NCBI GenBank assembly: GCA_044222475.1
Contig: JBGANF010000057.1
Location: forward strand, 1-45,165
DNA length: 45,165 nt
Reading direction: 5' to 3'
Origin: Polyangiaceae bacterium
GTDB lineage: Bacteria > Myxococcota_A > Polyangia > Polyangiales > Polyangiaceae
Shown here piece by piece: positions 32,722-42,332 of this stretch; position 1 is the first letter of the stretch, and each line of letters opens with the position of its first letter. The position numbers were made by a program, and so were the translations under genes. A model generated the notes under the pieces. It did not search any database, was not told the DNA's origin, and saw only the letters and a program-made list of their open reading frames with translations.

Positions 32722-33996
32722 CTAGAAGCCGACGTTCGCGCCGATGTTCACGAGCCAAGCGCGCGCGTTCGACACGCTGCTGCCGCCGAGAGTGTAGTCC
32801 TGATACTCGAACTGCATCAGGTTCACCGACGCCACGGCCTTGAAGTCGTTCATGAAGCCGAGCAGACGGGGTCCAGTCGCGACGGCGCCGTACGTGAACG
32901 AGAGCCCGCCGAGGATGCTGAAGAACGGCGACAGCTCGCGGTCGCCGGTGAAGTACTGGCCCTTCGGTCCGAGCGGCGGGTCGCCGCCGGAGTAGTCGTC
33001 GCTCCAGAAGAGCGCGCCGCGCTGCATGTAGAAGCGACCGCGCGCGCCGATGCGGAAGTGCTCGCCGAAGTACTTTTCGAACTCGACCTCGCCGGTGCCG
33101 GAGAGCACGTCCCACGTGTCCCAGTAGCCGCGGAGCCCGAGCCGGATCGCGGCCTTCAGCGGCTTGAGGTAGATGTTCCCGCGGGTCTGGATCGCGTGGC
33201 GTGCGCGGTTGTCGGGGTGGTGCTCCTGCGCCTGCAAGCCCTGCCCGAGGATGATTGCGCGGTACGGGTTCGACTGGAACCCGTTCACGATCTGGAGCGT
33301 GTAGATGAGCTGCGTCTGGAAGACCGGAGTCCACGCTTGCGACCACGAGCCCTGCAGGTTGTCGATGGCGAGGCTGCGCGACGGTCGCGTCGGATCGTCC
33401 GAGAAGCAGCCGGTCGAGCTCGCGAGGGCGCTCCGCAGCGCGGGGAGCGCGTTCGGGCTCTGCACCGTGTCGCACACGCGATCGAAATTGCGCGCGTAGT
33501 CGATCTGGAGCTGCGTGTTGTGCTCGAAGAGCTCGGTGCGGGCGAAGACGTTGAACGAGTGCGACTTGTAGTCGTTCTCGGTCGAGTACGCGTAGCCGCC
33601 GCCGAAGCTCGTGTTGTCTTTCTTGAACGCGACGTTCCCGGTGCCGACGTTGCGGAAGTCCTTCACGCTGGCGGTGGTGATGACGTCGGCGGCGGGCTGC
33701 GTCGCTTTGTACGCCGACCCTGCCTTGGTCTTCACGCTCGCACCGGAGACGACGTCCGCTTCCCAGCCGCCGCTCACCGTGAGCCACGTCCACGGCGTCG
33801 CCGAGAGCGTCACCGAGGGCGTGTAGACGAACATGTTCGTGCGGAACGGCTTCTCGTAATAGATGCCATGGGTCGTGTTGAAGCTCACGACCTGCGCCTC
33901 GGCGGCGCGCTCGCCCCCGAGCACGAGACCGAGGCCGAGGACCACGCCCCTCAGGCGCTTCAGGCGCCGTATTGCCCGGCTCAGTTGCACCCGCAC
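32722..33996 (-). CDS. DUF3570-family putative outer-membrane beta-barrel
   Basis: DVVSGAS, DVITTAS, STENDYKS, GFQSNPYR, EHHPDNRAR, YWDTWDV, FYMQRGA.F and YFTGDRELSPF; C-terminal Phe. Confidence 0.85.
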   Translation of the reverse strand: MRVQLSRAIRRLKRLRGVVLGLGLVLGGERAAEAQVVSFNTTHGIYYEKPFRTNMFVYTPSVTLSATPWTWLTVSGGWEADVVSGASVKTKAGSAYKATQPAADVITTASVKDFRNVGTGNVAFKKDNTSFGGGYAYSTENDYKSHSFNVFARTELFEHNTQLQIDYARNFDRVCDTVQSPNALPALRSALASSTGCFSDDPTRPSRSLAIDNLQGSWSQAWTPVFQTQLIYTLQIVNGFQSNPYRAIILGQGLQAQEHHPDNRARHAIQTRGNIYLKPLKAAIRLGLRGYWDTWDVLSGTGEVEFEKYFGEHFRIGARGRFYMQRGALFWSDDYSGGDPPLGPKGQYFTGDRELSPFFSILGGLSFTYGAVATGPRLLGFMNDFKAVASVNLMQFEYQDYTLGGSSVSNARAWLVNIGANVGF

Positions 33997-34214
33997 CCTC
34001 CGCCACTCACTCCGCCGCCGCCGAACGAGCCCTCACGGTTGTCGACGGCGTGCCTCACCTGCCCGGCGACCTGAGGGTCGCCTTCGAACTGCATCACCGG
34101 ATCCGCGAGGACGGCGCGATCCTGCGGCTTCACCGTGACGCACGACGCGCTGGCGAGCGCGAGGAGAGCTGCAGCCCAGATGGCGGTGCGCGAGATGCGA
34201 GTGGTCGTCGTCAT
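33981..34214 (-). CDS. DUF4266-family small lipoprotein
   Basis: ASCVTVKPQDRAVLADPVMQF...REGSFGGGGVSGGGCGCN; GAGGAG SD. Confidence 0.9.
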   Translation of the reverse strand: MTTTTRISRTAIWAAALLALASASCVTVKPQDRAVLADPVMQFEGDPQVAGQVRHAVDNREGSFGGGGVSGGGCGCN

Positions 34215-34222
34215 GGTGCTCC

Positions 34223-35023
34223 TCAAAAGTAGACTCCGAGCCCGCCGGTGATCGTCTGCGCGTTGGCATACGAGTCGGGAGTGAACACCGTCATGTTCGA
34301 CGCCTCGAGGCGGACGAGGATGCGGTTGCGAAGCGCGAAGAGAAAGCCGCCACCCGCGCGAGCGACGAAGCTGTCGGTGCGGCGAAGGACGAAGCTGTCT
34401 GCGTTCGGGAAGACGCTGAGGCCTCCGACGCCCAATCCCAAAAAGGGACAGAGCGCCCACCGCGGGAACAGATAGATCGTCGCGCCGCCGCCGTAGACGA
34501 GCTGCGCGCCGTCGGCGGTGAGACCGTCGCCGACGAACGCCTCGAGGCTCAGCGTGGGATCGAGCACGAGCTGCGGGCGCGCCTCGACGTAGCCGTACCA
34601 GCGGGTCGTGCCGTCGGCGATCGGGATGTGGAGCACGCCGGCCATGAGCGCGAGACCGGCGTGAGCGCCGGTCAGCGGTGGGGGCGCGAAGAAGCCGGGG
34701 CGCGACACGCCCTTGTCTTCGCCGTCCTTCACGCTGAACGGTTCGACCTGTTCGCCCATCGCGTACGCGCGGCGGCCGTCAGGCAAGAGAATCCGGAGCC
34801 AGAACCCGTTGCCTTGTCGACCGTCGACCGCGAAGGTCTCTCCGCGCTTGGCGGTGTAGATGACGCGGAACGAGACGCCGGGGCCGGTGCGGAGATCGGC
34901 CGAGTCGACGACGATGCGCGCATAGGCGTCGACGCTGGGCTCCTCGTCCGCGGCCACCGCGTTGGCGGCGGAGGTGACGACGACGGTGGCGACCAACAGC
35001 CCGAGCGCTCGGCCTACGCTCAT
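34223..35023 (-). CDS. SH3b domain plus C-terminal OmpA-like beta-barrel protein
   Basis: Signal peptide; ADLRTGPGVSFRVI...GFWLRI (bacterial SH3); amphipathic strands, PFLGLGVG, C-terminal GLGVYF. Confidence 0.8.
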   Translation of the reverse strand: MSVGRALGLLVATVVVTSAANAVAADEEPSVDAYARIVVDSADLRTGPGVSFRVIYTAKRGETFAVDGRQGNGFWLRILLPDGRRAYAMGEQVEPFSVKDGEDKGVSRPGFFAPPPLTGAHAGLALMAGVLHIPIADGTTRWYGYVEARPQLVLDPTLSLEAFVGDGLTADGAQLVYGGGATIYLFPRWALCPFLGLGVGGLSVFPNADSFVLRRTDSFVARAGGGFLFALRNRILVRLEASNMTVFTPDSYANAQTITGGLGVYF

Positions 35024-35502
35024 GGTTTCTGCGCCCATTGGCGGATGACGTCGACGACCGGGTCCGACGTGTCGAAGACGACGACCGGGTGCGCGAGCGT
35101 GCTCGTGGGCCGGACGTAGATCGGAGCGGTGAGGTAGTCGCGGCTCATGTTGAGCGACACCGAGGTGTAGTTCGATTTCGCCGGGCTCCCGAGCGACACG
35201 GCGCTCACCGGCTTCGTGCCGCCGCCGCAGTCCACCGGCGGGTGATTCTGGAGCGGCATCCCGCTGACGGCGGCCGAGTTGTAGTGGCAGTTCGTGTCGC
35301 TGCCGCCCTTGTCGCCGCAGCCCTTTCCGAAGATGAGCTGGGGCTCGACCACGCAGTAGAAGAAGTCCTCGTTGAAGGTCTGGTTCGGGACGACGAACGT
35401 CGGGCCGGGATCGACGGTGGTGCAGGCGACGCCCAGCGTCACCGCGACCATCGCGCTCCAAGCGGCGACCACCTTCGCGAAGCCAACCCGGCGAATCCGC
35501 AC
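35020..35502 (-). CDS. lipoprotein with extended CX9CH putative heme-binding motif
   Basis: GVAC lipobox; FFYCVVEPQLI...CGDKGGSDTNCH...HP...VIRQWA; ATGA overlap with the next gene; start GTG 35502 lies 7 nt after TATCGT. Confidence 0.72.
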   Translation of the reverse strand: MRIRRVGFAKVVAAWSAMVAVTLGVACTTVDPGPTFVVPNQTFNEDFFYCVVEPQLIFGKGCGDKGGSDTNCHYNSAAVSGMPLQNHPPVDCGGGTKPVSAVSLGSPAKSNYTSVSLNMSRDYLTAPIYVRPTSTLAHPVVVFDTSDPVVDVIRQWAQKP

Positions 35503-35829
35503 GGATGGGACGATACCCGGGTTTCTGTCGTGGCTGCAACTCCGAGCAGTGGGGCGCGGGCCGCGAGCCACGCTCTGCGTTCACCCGACCGCTCTCGTCC
35601 CTGCGAGGTGTGTGTAGATCGCAAGGAAATCGCGGGGTTCCGAGGTAGGTGCAGCGCGCACCAAACGTGCATTGCTGGACGGCATGGCGAGCGTTTCCAC
35701 TTGCATAAGTTCCTTCGCGGTTGCTACGAAGTTTCCCGCCCCACAGGCGTGTCGTATCTTATCTTACATGTATGGTGAAGGTCGTACCCGAGGCAGCGAT
35801 TCGGGAGCCTTCCCTCTCAAGGAGACGAC

Positions 35830-36003
35830 ATGAAACTGGCCCCGTTCTTTCTCGCTGCTCTCGCTCCCGTCGCCGTTGCTGGTTGGTCCGGCGCGTTCCT
35901 CGGTCACTTCGCGGTCCTCGCGGTGACGCTCGGCATCTTCTTCGGGACTCTCGCGCTGAACCGCAAGAAGGCGGCTCCCGTCGAGCAGACGAAGCAAGCC
36001 TGA
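35830..36003 (+). CDS. small membrane protein (57 aa; below the ORF track cutoff)
   Basis: AAGGAG SD just upstream; MKLAPFFLAALAPVAVAGWSGAFLGHFAVLAVTLGIFFGTLALNRKKAAPVEQTKQA has two hydrophobic helices and a basic tail. Confidence 0.7.
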   Translation: MKLAPFFLAALAPVAVAGWSGAFLGHFAVLAVTLGIFFGTLALNRKKAAPVEQTKQA

Positions 36004-36098
36004 GCCTTGCGTAAGGCAGGATTCCTGCGCTAGACCGTCTGTCGCTTCAGGGGAGCATTCGCGCTTCAAGGGAGCATTCGCTCCACACACAGCGAACC

Positions 36099-36173
36099 GG
36101 GCGCATAACTCAGCGGTAGAGTGCATCCTTCACACGGATGAAGTCACAGGTTCAAATCCTGTTGCGCCCACCA
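36099..36173 (+). tRNA. tRNA-Val (anticodon CAC)
   Basis: GGGCGCATAACTCAGCGGTAGAGTGCATCCTTCACACGGATGAAGTCACAGGTTCAAATCCTGTTGCGCCCACCA: full cloverleaf with encoded CCA. Confidence 0.97.
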
Positions 36174-36199
36174 AAGTCATCCGCGCTAGAACCCTGCGC

Positions 36200-36676
36200 G
36201 TGACCCTCGCCTATGCCGAGCCCCACCGCGAGTTTCGCGCCGCGCACTGGCGGAACGGGATCATCCTCATCTGGACCGGTGAGGTCACGGTCGACGCGCT
36301 GAGGACGCTCGACGCGTTCGGCCAGAAGCTCGTCCCCGATCACCCGCGCTACTACACCGTCTCGGTGAACCCGAACGGGCTCCCCTTCCCCGACGCGGAG
36401 GCTCGCGCGTTCGCGAGCAAGATCGTCAAGCAGCGCGAGGAGAACGTGCTGGTGGCGATCACGGTGCTCGAAGGCAGCGGCCTCTTCGCGACCGCGGGGC
36501 GCGCGATCCTGAAGACCATCTTCGCCCTTTCGGGGGGGCGCGCGAAGAACGTCGTGTGTCGCAACCTCGCCGAAGCCGCGCGCGAGCTCGCGCCGCTCGT
36601 GATTCCCAGCGCGACCGAGCGCGAGGTCCTCGAGTCCCTCGAGGCGGTGCGGGCCGACGCGATGAAGCGTCGCTGA
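36200..36676 (+). CDS. hypothetical protein (STAS/SEC14-like alpha-beta pattern)
   Basis: Good codon usage; PDAEARA...VLEGSGLFATAGRAIL...NLAEAA pattern common in myxobacterial small proteins. Confidence 0.65.
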   Translation: MTLAYAEPHREFRAAHWRNGIILIWTGEVTVDALRTLDAFGQKLVPDHPRYYTVSVNPNGLPFPDAEARAFASKIVKQREENVLVAITVLEGSGLFATAGRAILKTIFALSGGRAKNVVCRNLAEAARELAPLVIPSATEREVLESLEAVRADAMKRR

Positions 36677-36678
36677 GG

Positions 36679-37722
36679 TCACTGCGCGGCGACGACCTTG
36701 CGCGCGCCGGGCCGCGCCCCGAGCCAGCTCGCCATCGCATCCACGACGAGGTCTTCCTTCAAGAGCAGCACGAAGTGGCCCGCGTCCCACTCGACGTACT
36801 TTCCGCTGCTGCGCGTCGCGTACGCGGCGACGATCGCCGCCGGGATCTGCGCGTCGCGCTTCCCTTGGATGCACAACACGGGGATGCCGGGCGACGTGGC
36901 TTGGGGCGAAGCCCCCGAGATCGCGATGAAGCCCTCGAACGTTCCGGGGAAGCGCGTGACGAGGAGACTCCCTCCGATCCCGCCGTTCGAGAGACCGGCG
37001 AGCACGAGGTGCTTCTGGCCGCGCGCGTGGAGATCGTTCACGACGCTGCGGACGATCGCCTCGCCTTCCGGCGACCACCAATCGCCGACCCAGCGCGTGG
37101 CCGGGCACACCGTCGCCATGCCGACGCGCGTCGCCGCGCGCGAGACCTCCCAGCACGGAAGGCTGAAGCTTCCGGCCCAGCCGTGGAGGAAGATCACGAC
37201 GCCGGACGCCGCGTCGACGTCGCCGACCTCGAGGTCGTCGTACGCGGTGCGGCTCTGCAGCCCGAGGTAGGTCGCGACGACCGGAGAAGGCGCGTCGCCC
37301 TGCTCGGCGCGCATGCGCTGATAGCCGGCCGACATCTCCTCCGGCAGCACCTCGACGTCCGGATCGTGCATGAAGTGGGTCATCTTGATCGTCCGCGCGG
37401 CGGACACCGAGAGGTCCTCCTCGTCGAGGAGTCGGTTCGCGACGCGCGCGCCAGGGGTCGTGCCGGTGCGCATGACGAGCGCGTTGCCGCTCGCCGCGGT
37501 GACCACGCGAAGGAGCATCGTCGCGACGAGCAACACGGCGCCAGCGCCAGCGAGCCGCGGTGCCCACTTCTTGCCGAGCGACGCACCGGCGACGGTGAGC
37601 GTGAGCAGCGCGAGCGCGTACGCCATGCCGGACCACGTCCCCGGTCCGGTGAGGACGAACAGGAAGAACAGCGCCGCCGGGATGGCGAGGAGCACGGACG
37701 CGATGCGGACGAGAGATCGCAT
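36679..37722 (-). CDS. membrane-anchored alpha/beta-hydrolase
   Basis: Three N-terminal TM helices; FLHGWAG, GLSNG, QGKRD and AGH triad. Confidence 0.8.
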   Translation of the reverse strand: MRSLVRIASVLLAIPAALFFLFVLTGPGTWSGMAYALALLTLTVAGASLGKKWAPRLAGAGAVLLVATMLLRVVTAASGNALVMRTGTTPGARVANRLLDEEDLSVSAARTIKMTHFMHDPDVEVLPEEMSAGYQRMRAEQGDAPSPVVATYLGLQSRTAYDDLEVGDVDAASGVVIFLHGWAGSFSLPCWEVSRAATRVGMATVCPATRWVGDWWSPEGEAIVRSVVNDLHARGQKHLVLAGLSNGGIGGSLLVTRFPGTFEGFIAISGASPQATSPGIPVLCIQGKRDAQIPAAIVAAYATRSSGKYVEWDAGHFVLLLKEDLVVDAMASWLGARPGARKVVAAQ

Positions 37723-37796
37723 GCCCCCAAGCTAACGACGAAATCGGCGCGCTCAGGCGGCGTGCGCGCGAGCGGTCGAGCCTCGACGACGAACGG

Positions 37797-38600
37797 TCAC
37801 ATGCACTTCTTGGTGGTCGTCGACGCGTGGAGGCCCTTCGCATCGGCGGTGACGACGATGTGCGTCTCGACCTCGGCCGCGTGGTCGCCGCAGGGCGACT
37901 GGACGAGGTCGGCCGGAAGCTTCGCCTTCACCTTGTCCCAGTCGCCGGGGCGGTCGAGGACGATGGGCTCGGTCGGCTTCTCGGCGCTGCCGAACGCGTG
38001 GAGCTTCGGGTTCAGCTTGTCGATCCCGATCACGACGGCCTGCACGTGACCGCAGGGCCCCGATCCGATCGGGAGCACGAACTCGGTCGCGCGGCCGTCG
38101 TGATCGTAGTCGCCGAACGTCATGATGGTCACGACCGGCCGCGATTGGAGCTCGGTCGCGGTCGGTGCCTTGATCGCCTTCCGCTCCGCCGCGGTCGGAG
38201 CCCACCGCGCGAGCTTCGCGTCGCGGTCGTCGAACAGATCGCTCAGGTGCATGCGCTCTTCCGGTGCGCCGGGCTTGGTGCGAACGAGGTCGAGGTCGCC
38301 GACCTCTCCGAACGCGAACGCCGCGCACGGGCACGACGCGATGCCTTCGTCGCCCATGCAGGTCGGTGCGGCCGGGCGCAGCCACTCGAGGCGCCACGTC
38401 TCCTTCACGCCGTCGATCTCGATCGTCTTCTCTTCGCGCAGGACCGGGTTCGCCGGGACCGGCGCGGCCGAGGCCGATGCGGTGGGCACGGCCGACGCGG
38501 ACGCCGATGCCGACGCCGACGCGTTCGTCTTCGGCTGGGCGGGCGGGTCCTTGTCGCACCCCAGCACGAGCGCGAGCATCACGAAATGAAGGTGGCGCAT
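37797..38600 (-). CDS. hypothetical lipoprotein
   Basis: VLGC lipobox, (AS)n linker, Cys-containing domain with FG-GAP-like GDYDHDGRATE motif. Confidence 0.72.
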   Translation of the reverse strand: MRHLHFVMLALVLGCDKDPPAQPKTNASASASASASAVPTASASAAPVPANPVLREEKTIEIDGVKETWRLEWLRPAAPTCMGDEGIASCPCAAFAFGEVGDLDLVRTKPGAPEERMHLSDLFDDRDAKLARWAPTAAERKAIKAPTATELQSRPVVTIMTFGDYDHDGRATEFVLPIGSGPCGHVQAVVIGIDKLNPKLHAFGSAEKPTEPIVLDRPGDWDKVKAKLPADLVQSPCGDHAAEVETHIVVTADAKGLHASTTTKKCM

Positions 38601-38633
38601 GGGAGAGTGCCTACGGTGCGGTATTCTCCGCTC

Positions 38634-39098
38634 GTGGGCAAGAAGCTCTCGCTCCCGATCGTGGACGACATCGCGCGACGCGCAGGCGCGACGCCGACGA
38701 TCGAGCGCGCGCGGCAGAAGCTGGGCGGCCCTGGCACGACCGACGCTCGCGCTGGCCGCACCGTGCGGGACGCTGCCGGTGCCTTGGGCATCGTGCTCCA
38801 CGCCAACGGTGACGAGCTCGACGTCATCGTCGGCAGCGCGGGCGTCGTTCGGCGAACCAAGGCGGCGGCGTGGACCGAGGCCGAAGCGGTCGACCTCGGC
38901 GACCTCGCCGAGGTCGTTCGCGACGTGATCGCGTTCGCGCGGCTCGCGGTCGGTGACCGGGTGAGCTTCGTCGTCGATGGGCGCCTCGACGTCGGCCTCC
39001 TCTTCGAAAAGTGCCGGTACGGCGCGCTCGTCGCGCGAGACGACGAGCGCATCGTCGCCGTCGGCTATCGCGCGCTCCAGCGAGCGCTCGATCCTTGA
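38634..39098 (+). CDS. hypothetical protein (154 aa)
   Basis: GTG 6 nt after TATTCT; normal codon usage; LFEKCRYGALV. Confidence 0.6.
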   Translation: MGKKLSLPIVDDIARRAGATPTIERARQKLGGPGTTDARAGRTVRDAAGALGIVLHANGDELDVIVGSAGVVRRTKAAAWTEAEAVDLGDLAEVVRDVIAFARLAVGDRVSFVVDGRLDVGLLFEKCRYGALVARDDERIVAVGYRALQRALDP

Positions 39099-39129
39099 AA
39101 ATTCGGTTTGTAGGACCGAGTTTTCAAGG
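39093..39129. promoter_or_regulatory. AT-rich 15-7-15 inverted repeat overlapping the ATPase promoter
   Basis: CCTTGAAAATTCGGT-ttgtagg-ACCGAGTTTTCAAGG (one mismatch), immediately followed by TACGCT and ATG 39142. Confidence 0.7.
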
Positions 39130-39141
39130 TACGCTTCACGA

Positions 39142-40359
39142 ATGGTCGCACGTACCGAGCACTGCGAGGCCATAGAGGCACTCCTCCGCGAGAGCCCGGT
39201 GGTCGCACTCCTCGGTCCGCGCCAGGTGGGCAAGACCACGCTGGCGCGCGCGATCGGGCGCCGTTGGGCCAAGGGCCCCGTCACGATCCTCGACCTCGAG
39301 CGCGACGCGGACCGCCGCCGCCTCGACGAACCCATCGCCGCGCTCGAGCGCCTTCGCGGGCTGGTCATCGTCGACGAGATCCAGTTCGCGCCGGAGCTCT
39401 TTCGCTCGCTGCGCGTCCTCGCCGACCGAACGCCGATCCGCACCCGTTTCCTCGTTCTCGGGAGCGCGTCTCCCGAGTTGCTGCGCCAGAGCTCCGAGAC
39501 GCTTGCGGGCCGCATCGCGTTCCATGAGCTCGGCGGATTCTCCCTCGCCGAGGTGGGCGCGACCGAGCCGAAGCTCCGAAGGCTGTGGCTGCGTGGCGGT
39601 TTTCCTCGCTCGTTCACCGCCAAGGCCAACGCAGACAGTGCGCGATGGCGGCGGGACTTCATCCGCACGTTCCTCGAACGCGACTTGCCGCAACTCGAAG
39701 TACGAACGCCCGCGCTCGCGCTCCGGCGCTTCTGGTCGATGCTCGCTCACGTGCATGGCCAGACGTTGAATTGGTCCGAGCTCGGGCGATCGATGGGCGT
39801 CGCCGACACGACCGTGCGGAGCTACGTCGATCTCCTCGAAGGGACCCTCGTCGTCCAGACGTTGAAGCCCTGGCACGAGAACATCTCGAAGAGACAGGTC
39901 AAGTCGCCCAAGGTGTTCGTCCGCGACTCCGGACTGCTTCACACCCTGCTCGACATCGAGCGCGAGGAGCAGCTCGAGAGCCATCCCCGGGTCGGCGCGT
40001 CGTGGGAGGGCTTCGCGATCCAAGAGGTCACCCGCCGGCTCGGGGCGAGGCCCGATCAATGCTTCTTCTGGTCGACCCACGCCGGCGCCGAGCTCGACCT
40101 CTTGGTCGTCGCCGAGGGGAGACGCCACGGGTTCGAGATGAAGCGCACGAGCGCCCCTGGCATCACACCGTCGATGCGCTCCGCGCTCGCCGACCTTCGG
40201 CTCGATTCGCTCGACGTCGTTCACCCGGGCCGCGAAACGTATCCTCTCTCTCGCGACGTCCGCGCTCTCGCGTTGACCCGCGTGCTCTCGGACCTCGACC
40301 CTCTCACGCCTCGTACCAAGGCGGGACGCGGGCGCACGAAGAGCACCGTGCTACGCTGA
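39142..40359 (+). CDS. AAA+ ATPase (AAA_14 + DUF4143)
   Basis: GPRQVGKTT Walker A, IVDEIQ Walker [30 protein letters not shown]-terminal ELDLLV...FEMK. Confidence 0.92.
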   Translation: MVARTEHCEAIEALLRESPVVALLGPRQVGKTTLARAIGRRWAKGPVTILDLERDADRRRLDEPIAALERLRGLVIVDEIQFAPELFRSLRVLADRTPIRTRFLVLGSASPELLRQSSETLAGRIAFHELGGFSLAEVGATEPKLRRLWLRGGFPRSFTAKANADSARWRRDFIRTFLERDLPQLEVRTPALALRRFWSMLAHVHGQTLNWSELGRSMGVADTTVRSYVDLLEGTLVVQTLKPWHENISKRQVKSPKVFVRDSGLLHTLLDIEREEQLESHPRVGASWEGFAIQEVTRRLGARPDQCFFWSTHAGAELDLLVVAEGRRHGFEMKRTSAPGITPSMRSALADLRLDSLDVVHPGRETYPLSRDVRALALTRVLSDLDPLTPRTKAGRGRTKSTVLR

Positions 40360-40366
40360 CGCGCTC

Positions 40367-42319
40367 ATGGCCGCGTTGACCCAGCTTCGCAGCTCCGCCC
40401 GCGGCGGCGCGGCGTGGGATCGCAAAGCGTTCCTCCCGACGACGCGCGAGGAGATGGACGCGCGCGGCTGGAAGGAGCTCGACGTCCTCATCGTCACCGG
40501 CGACGCGTACGTCGATCACCCGGCGTTCGGACCGATCCTCGTCGCGCGTTTCCTGGAGGGGCGCGGCTACAAAGTCGGCGTCATCGCGCAGCCGCGGTGG
40601 GACTCGACCGAGGACCTGCTTCGCATGGGACGCCCTCGCCTCTTCGTGGGAGTGAGCGCCGGCAACCTCGACTCGATGCTCAACAAGCTCACCGCGCAGA
40701 AGAAGATGCGTGGCGAGGACCAGTACTCGCCGGGCGGCAAGACCGAGATGCGCCCGAACCGCGCGAGCCTCGTGTACTCGAACCTGTGCCGCCAGGCGTT
40801 CCCGGGGTTGCCGGTGGTCCTCGGCGGGATCGAGGCGTCGCTGCGGCGGATCGCCCACTACGACTACTGGAGCGACCAGGTGCGCCGCAGCATCGTGCTG
40901 GACGCGAAGGCGGATCTCCTCGTCTTCGGGATGGGCGAGCACGCCGCCTGGGAGATCGCCCGCCGGCTCGACGCCGGCGAAACCGTCAGCCAGCTGACGG
41001 ACGTGCGCGGAACCGCGTACCCACTGAAGAACCGCGCCGCGTGGGAGCCGCTCCTCGCGAAGGAGAGTCGGTTCACGACCGACGGCGGCATCGTCGTCCT
41101 CCCGAGCTACGAGGAGGTCACCAAGGACAAGAAGGCGTTCGCCCAGATGTCCCGCGCGTTCCAGTTCGAGACGAACGCGCACAACGGGCGGCCGCTGCTC
41201 CAGGTGCACGGTTCCGAGGCCGTGTACTTCAACTCGCCCGGGCTTCCGCTCGACGAAGCCGAGATGGACGGCCTCTACGACCTCCCGTTCCAGCGACGGC
41301 CGCACCCCTCGTACGGCACCGAGCGCATCCCCGCGTACGAGACGGTGAAGGACTCGATCGTGACGATGCGCGGCTGCTTCGGCGGCTGCACGTTCTGCTC
41401 GATCACCGAGCACGAGGGGCGGATCATCCAGAGCCGCAGCGAGGACAGCGTCCTCCGCGAGGTGCGTCAGCTCTCGCGGATGGAGGGCTTCAAGGGCGTT
41501 CTCTCCGACGTCGGCGGCCCGACGGCGAACATGTACAAGATGACGTGCAAGGACGAGAAGACGGAGCACGCGTGCCGCCGCCTCTCGTGCGTGCACCCGG
41601 GCATCTGCGAGAACCTCGTGACCGACCACGCGCCGCTCGTGTCGCTGCTCGAGAAGGTGCGCGCGGAGAAGGGCATCAAGAAGGTCTTCATCGCGAGCGG
41701 CGTCCGCTACGACCTCGCCGAGCGCAGCCCCGAGTTCATCCGCGTCCTCGCCGAGCACCACACCGGCGGCCAGCTCTCGGTCGCGCCCGAGCACAACGAT
41801 CCGAACGTGCTCCAGAAGATGAAGAAGCCCCCGGTCGACAGCTACGAGCGCTTCGCGCAGGCGTTCTGCCAAGCGAGCGACGACGCGGGCAAGGAGCAGT
41901 ACTTGGTGCCGTACTTCATCAGCGGGCACCCGGGCTCGACCCTGAAGGACACGGTGGCGCTCGCGCTCTGGCTGAAGGCGCGCGGGATGCGCCCGCGTCA
42001 GATCCAGGACTTCATCCCGACGCCGATGGCGATGGCGACGACGATGTACCACACTGGGATCGATCCGCTGACCGGCGAAGATGTGTATACTGCACGCGAC
42101 TTGCGCGAGAAGCGCATGATGAAGGCGCTCCTCTTCTATTGGGACGAGCAGCATTGGCCGCTCGCGCGCGAGGCGCTGAAGAAGGCGGGGCGATCCGATC
42201 TGATCGGCAAGGGCGCGCACTGCCTCGTCCCGCCGGAGTGGGCCGATCGCGCGCCCGGACCGAAGAACACGAAGGCGGGCCCGCGCGGCTTCGGTCGCCC
42301 GCGGCCGCGAAGTCGGTGA
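40367..42319 (+). CDS. ygiQ: YgiQ-family radical SAM protein (UPF0313)
   Basis: [76 protein letters not shown] and QDFIPTPM. Confidence 0.95.
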   Translation: MAALTQLRSSARGGAAWDRKAFLPTTREEMDARGWKELDVLIVTGDAYVDHPAFGPILVARFLEGRGYKVGVIAQPRWDSTEDLLRMGRPRLFVGVSAGNLDSMLNKLTAQKKMRGEDQYSPGGKTEMRPNRASLVYSNLCRQAFPGLPVVLGGIEASLRRIAHYDYWSDQVRRSIVLDAKADLLVFGMGEHAAWEIARRLDAGETVSQLTDVRGTAYPLKNRAAWEPLLAKESRFTTDGGIVVLPSYEEVTKDKKAFAQMSRAFQFETNAHNGRPLLQVHGSEAVYFNSPGLPLDEAEMDGLYDLPFQRRPHPSYGTERIPAYETVKDSIVTMRGCFGGCTFCSITEHEGRIIQSRSEDSVLREVRQLSRMEGFKGVLSDVGGPTANMYKMTCKDEKTEHACRRLSCVHPGICENLVTDHAPLVSLLEKVRAEKGIKKVFIASGVRYDLAERSPEFIRVLAEHHTGGQLSVAPEHNDPNVLQKMKKPPVDSYERFAQAFCQASDDAGKEQYLVPYFISGHPGSTLKDTVALALWLKARGMRPRQIQDFIPTPMAMATTMYHTGIDPLTGEDVYTARDLREKRMMKALLFYWDEQHWPLAREALKKAGRSDLIGKGAHCLVPPEWADRAPGPKNTKAGPRGFGRPRPRSR

Positions 42320-42332
42320 TAGCCTCTCGGGC

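Noticed and set aside
36099..40359. Island integrated at tRNA-Val
   Set aside because: No duplicate of the tRNA-Val 3' end or integrase was found in the window by eye.
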